Below, in pieces: positions 59,967 to 62,753 of a DNA stretch of 62,753 nt (its first letter is position 1; the number at the start of each line of letters is the position of its first letter). A program made the translations under genes and the position numbers. The DNA is from an uncultured Erysipelotrichaceae bacterium (lineage in GTDB: Bacteria; Bacillota_I; Bacilli_A; RF39; UBA660). Location of the stretch: contig CAOJRP010000006.1 in the NCBI GenBank assembly GCA_948442015.1, positions 1 to 62,753 of the forward strand. The letters are read 5' to 3'. The notes beneath the pieces are model-generated. The model searched no databases, was not told the origin of the DNA, and saw only the letters and a list, made by a program, of their open reading frames with translations.

Positions 59967-61364
59967 CTACACATAAGCTGCAATTACTAATAAGATTAAC
60001 ACAATAAATATTAAACCTAATAAAAACTTCCACATATTCTTTAGATAATCTTTATAAGATATATCTAAATAACTTAGGCCAATCATTAAAATAGCACTAG
60101 TTGGTAATAAAAACTGTACAACTCCAAAAATACTATTAATAACTAAAGATATTACGATACCATTTGATGCATATAAAGCAGCAAGGTAATTAGCTATTGT
60201 AAAACTCATAAAGTCTTTATTTGGCATTAACATTGAACCAATAAATATTACTAAAATAATTTTAAATAAGTTAAAGTCAGAACCTACTTCAATTAATTTA
60301 TTTGTAATATATGGTAATATTGGAGACCAATAAGAAATTACAAACAAACAATTAACCATTAAATAGATAAATATTGGCTTAGCCATTTTTTTAGCACCAT
60401 ATACACAAGAGTCTAAAAATTCATCTAATTTTATTCTTTCAATTAAAGAAATTATAAAAGCTCCAAACATTATTATTAAAGAAATTGTATATAAATCCCA
60501 TTCTCCAATGGCTTTTAAACTACCTAATAAATAGCCAAATACAGCATGTTCGCCAATTTTAAATGTTGTAATATTAGTATGTAAATCAGCAAAGAAGTTA
60601 ACATTAAAACTACTTTTCCATGGAATATAGCCTAATATTGCAAAAATTGCTACTATAGAAAGCACTATAATCATTGGCCAAGTACTTTCTTTTTTCTTAA
60701 CTTCTACAAGTTCAAATCTTGGATTAATTACTTCACTTTCCTTTTTAGCTTTTGGTAACATATGAGTAAAGGCCATTAACATTACAAAAGAAATACCTAA
60801 AAATGCAAATTTATAGCCTAATCCATCACTTACTTTTAAACCAAAACTTGACTCTGTATAACCTAAAGCTGAAACTCCATAAGTAATTCCTAAAGTTCCA
60901 ACTAAAATAGCCCCAAACGTAATACATAATCCTTTAATTTTACTAACATTATTTTTAGCTAAAACACTTAATATAAAAGGCACAAATAAAATACATACTA
61001 ATGGTTCAGCTGTAAATGATGCAAGAACTGCTAAAAATAAACCACAACCTACAGAAAATATCGTTTCTTTTCCTTTAATTTTTTTAGCTATTTTATAAAC
61101 TAAGTAGCTATATCTTTTACTTTTTGATAAAACTCCATATAAACAACCTGTTGCTAGTAAAAATGTAACTTGAAGTAACATATAATATGCTGAATAAAAT
61201 AATTCCAAAAAGAAATCAAAAATACTAATACGATATAATCCTACTTCTTGAAATACTGAGCCACTAAAATTACCTGTTGGAATAATCCAAGTTAAAATAG
61301 TTACTACTAGCACAACTAAAAACAAAATCTTAAACAAATCATTCTTCTTAAATAAATTTTTCAT
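59967..61364 (-). CDS. YfcC-like multi-pass membrane transporter
   Basis: ILTWIIPTG, GCLYGVL, LLPTSAILMIGLSYLDISYKDY. Confidence 0.8.
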   Translation of the reverse strand: MKNLFKKNDLFKILFLVVLVVTILTWIIPTGNFSGSVFQEVGLYRISIFDFFLELFYSAYYMLLQVTFLLATGCLYGVLSKSKRYSYLVYKIAKKIKGKETIFSVGCGLFLAVLASFTAEPLVCILFVPFILSVLAKNNVSKIKGLCITFGAILVGTLGITYGVSALGYTESSFGLKVSDGLGYKFAFLGISFVMLMAFTHMLPKAKKESEVINPRFELVEVKKKESTWPMIIVLSIVAIFAILGYIPWKSSFNVNFFADLHTNITTFKIGEHAVFGYLLGSLKAIGEWDLYTISLIIMFGAFIISLIERIKLDEFLDSCVYGAKKMAKPIFIYLMVNCLFVISYWSPILPYITNKLIEVGSDFNLFKIILVIFIGSMLMPNKDFMSFTIANYLAALYASNGIVISLVINSIFGVVQFLLPTSAILMIGLSYLDISYKDYLKNMWKFLLGLIFIVLILLVIAAYV

Positions 61365-61435
61365 TTTCTTCCTCCTATAATTAATTATATCATGCATCTT
61401 GTCTCCATGCATAGAAAAACTGTCTTCAAGACAGC

Positions 61436-62623
61436 TTATTCATCATATATTAATTCATTATTATCATTTATATGAAAACTTTTACCATTAAACGATCCAA
61501 TACTTCCTGAACAATTATAACCTTTAGAATGAAGATAATAAACAAAATCCACTGGTTTACTATTTCTCCAATCAATATTTAATACTTCATTTCCACCACA
61601 AAGATCTGTATTCAAAGTTATTTTAACAGTATACGCTATATCGGATTCACCATAAGAGCTCTCGATGATTTCACCAGCAAATCCTCCAGCAGCTGCCCAT
61701 TTATCTAAAATAGAACAAGCTTCTTTATATGTCTTAGCATCCCATACTAAACCTTTTTCTTTTAATTGTTTTTTCAACGTTTCATTATCTTGTTCTTTTT
61801 GTGACATTGGTTTAGTATTAGTTTCTTTATCACTATTTTCTTTATTAGTATCTTCTTTATCAGTACTTGTACTAACTTTTTTCCATCTAGCTTTTAAAGT
61901 AATATCTTTAGTTACATTATTATTAAAATCATACTTTTTATCATTTAAATACCATCCAGTAAAGCTAAATCCTTCTTTTGTTGGTTCTTTAGGCTCAGTT
62001 ACTTTACCATTTTCTTTAACTTTTTCACTATTTATATTTGTCCCACCATCAGTATTAAAACTTATTGTATAGCTCTTTGTATTTTCATTTTCTAAAATTT
62101 TATCTTCATCAATATTCTTTTCATAATTAAAATTAATTTCGACAGTTACACTAGTTTCTTCTTTTATTTTACCTTTAACATCTTCACTTATATGGTCAAT
62201 ATAATTCCAATTAGTATTAAAATCCATATTAGTTATATCAAAATCTTTTTCTTCTGCTGTTTTAGCAAGAAGTACTATGACATCATTTAAGTCTTTGCCC
62301 TTAAAATCTAAATCTTTATAAATACTTTTAGCATCATCATTTAAAAGTTCTGCATCAACAACTTCATTAGTATACTTTTCACAAAGTTCAACTTTACCAT
62401 CATCGTTTTTACATTCATAATAAGAAGATTTAAAAGTTAGTTTTACTAATGGATTTATTTTGATATATAAAACATATTCTCCTTCTTTAGAAACTTTGTT
62501 ATCACTTGCTTCTTCATCTTTTTTACTAAACAAGAAAAAAGCTCCAACTCCTAAAATTATTACTAATACTATTACAAATATTAATATTACTTTTTTATTC
62601 TCTAACATCTTTTTCATTCTCAC
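61436..62623 (-). CDS. Membrane-anchored protein with RsgI-like domain and InlB B-repeat
   Basis: N-terminal TM, YIKINPLVKL...LNDDAK, FNTDGGT...PTKEGFSFTGWY...YDF...DITLKARW. Confidence 0.82.
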   Translation of the reverse strand: MRMKKMLENKKVILIFVIVLVIILGVGAFFLFSKKDEEASDNKVSKEGEYVLYIKINPLVKLTFKSSYYECKNDDGKVELCEKYTNEVVDAELLNDDAKSIYKDLDFKGKDLNDVIVLLAKTAEEKDFDITNMDFNTNWNYIDHISEDVKGKIKEETSVTVEINFNYEKNIDEDKILENENTKSYTISFNTDGGTNINSEKVKENGKVTEPKEPTKEGFSFTGWYLNDKKYDFNNNVTKDITLKARWKKVSTSTDKEDTNKENSDKETNTKPMSQKEQDNETLKKQLKEKGLVWDAKTYKEACSILDKWAAAGGFAGEIIESSYGESDIAYTVKITLNTDLCGGNEVLNIDWRNSKPVDFVYYLHSKGYNCSGSIGSFNGKSFHINDNNELIYDE

Positions 62624-62753
62624 ACTTTCTTTCTTATAATTATTATATCACTTTTGATAAATTTTTGTTAAAATGATTTTTTTTATTTAAGGCAATCGCC
62701 CTAGTTTGACAGTTGTTAATTAAAAATCATCACTAAGCGTTGAAAAACTTAGT

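Overview
AT-rich (by eye under 30% GC) chromosomal window from a reduced-genome Bacilli-type firmicute using genetic code 11. The proteins and gene content suggest an RF39/Mollicutes-adjacent gut lineage, which is an inference. Positions 671-14100 hold the S10-spc-alpha ribosomal cluster on the minus strand, with no rpmD and with a conserved Bacilli-type rpsJ leader. Positions 14-46 kb hold housekeeping genes (trxB, lgt, uvrA, ftsEX with an M23 hydrolase, gerQ, ung, rlmH, dnaB, rplI, cysS, gltX, a Clp ATPase) interleaved with orphan ORFs, a radical SAM pseudogene and an unannotated candidate type I toxin-antitoxin locus (37231-37527). Positions 46309-58167 are an ~11.9 kb integrated phage-satellite-like element bounded by a 16-bp direct repeat. 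It carries an integrase, a repressor/Cro pair, a primase-helicase with origin, a Mor-like activator, a scaffold protein, a tape measure protein and AbiE, but no recognisable terminase, portal or major capsid gene. The most striking feature is a non-coding ~570-bp array (51333-51902) of 10 or more different 10-bp tandem doublets. Each translates to the conserved helix of a different phage terminase small subunit (NLKKPEI, ENLTKPHI, SKMLGNARVQ, ELIRNDKVKTYI and others). I interpret it as a candidate library of helper-phage pac sites.
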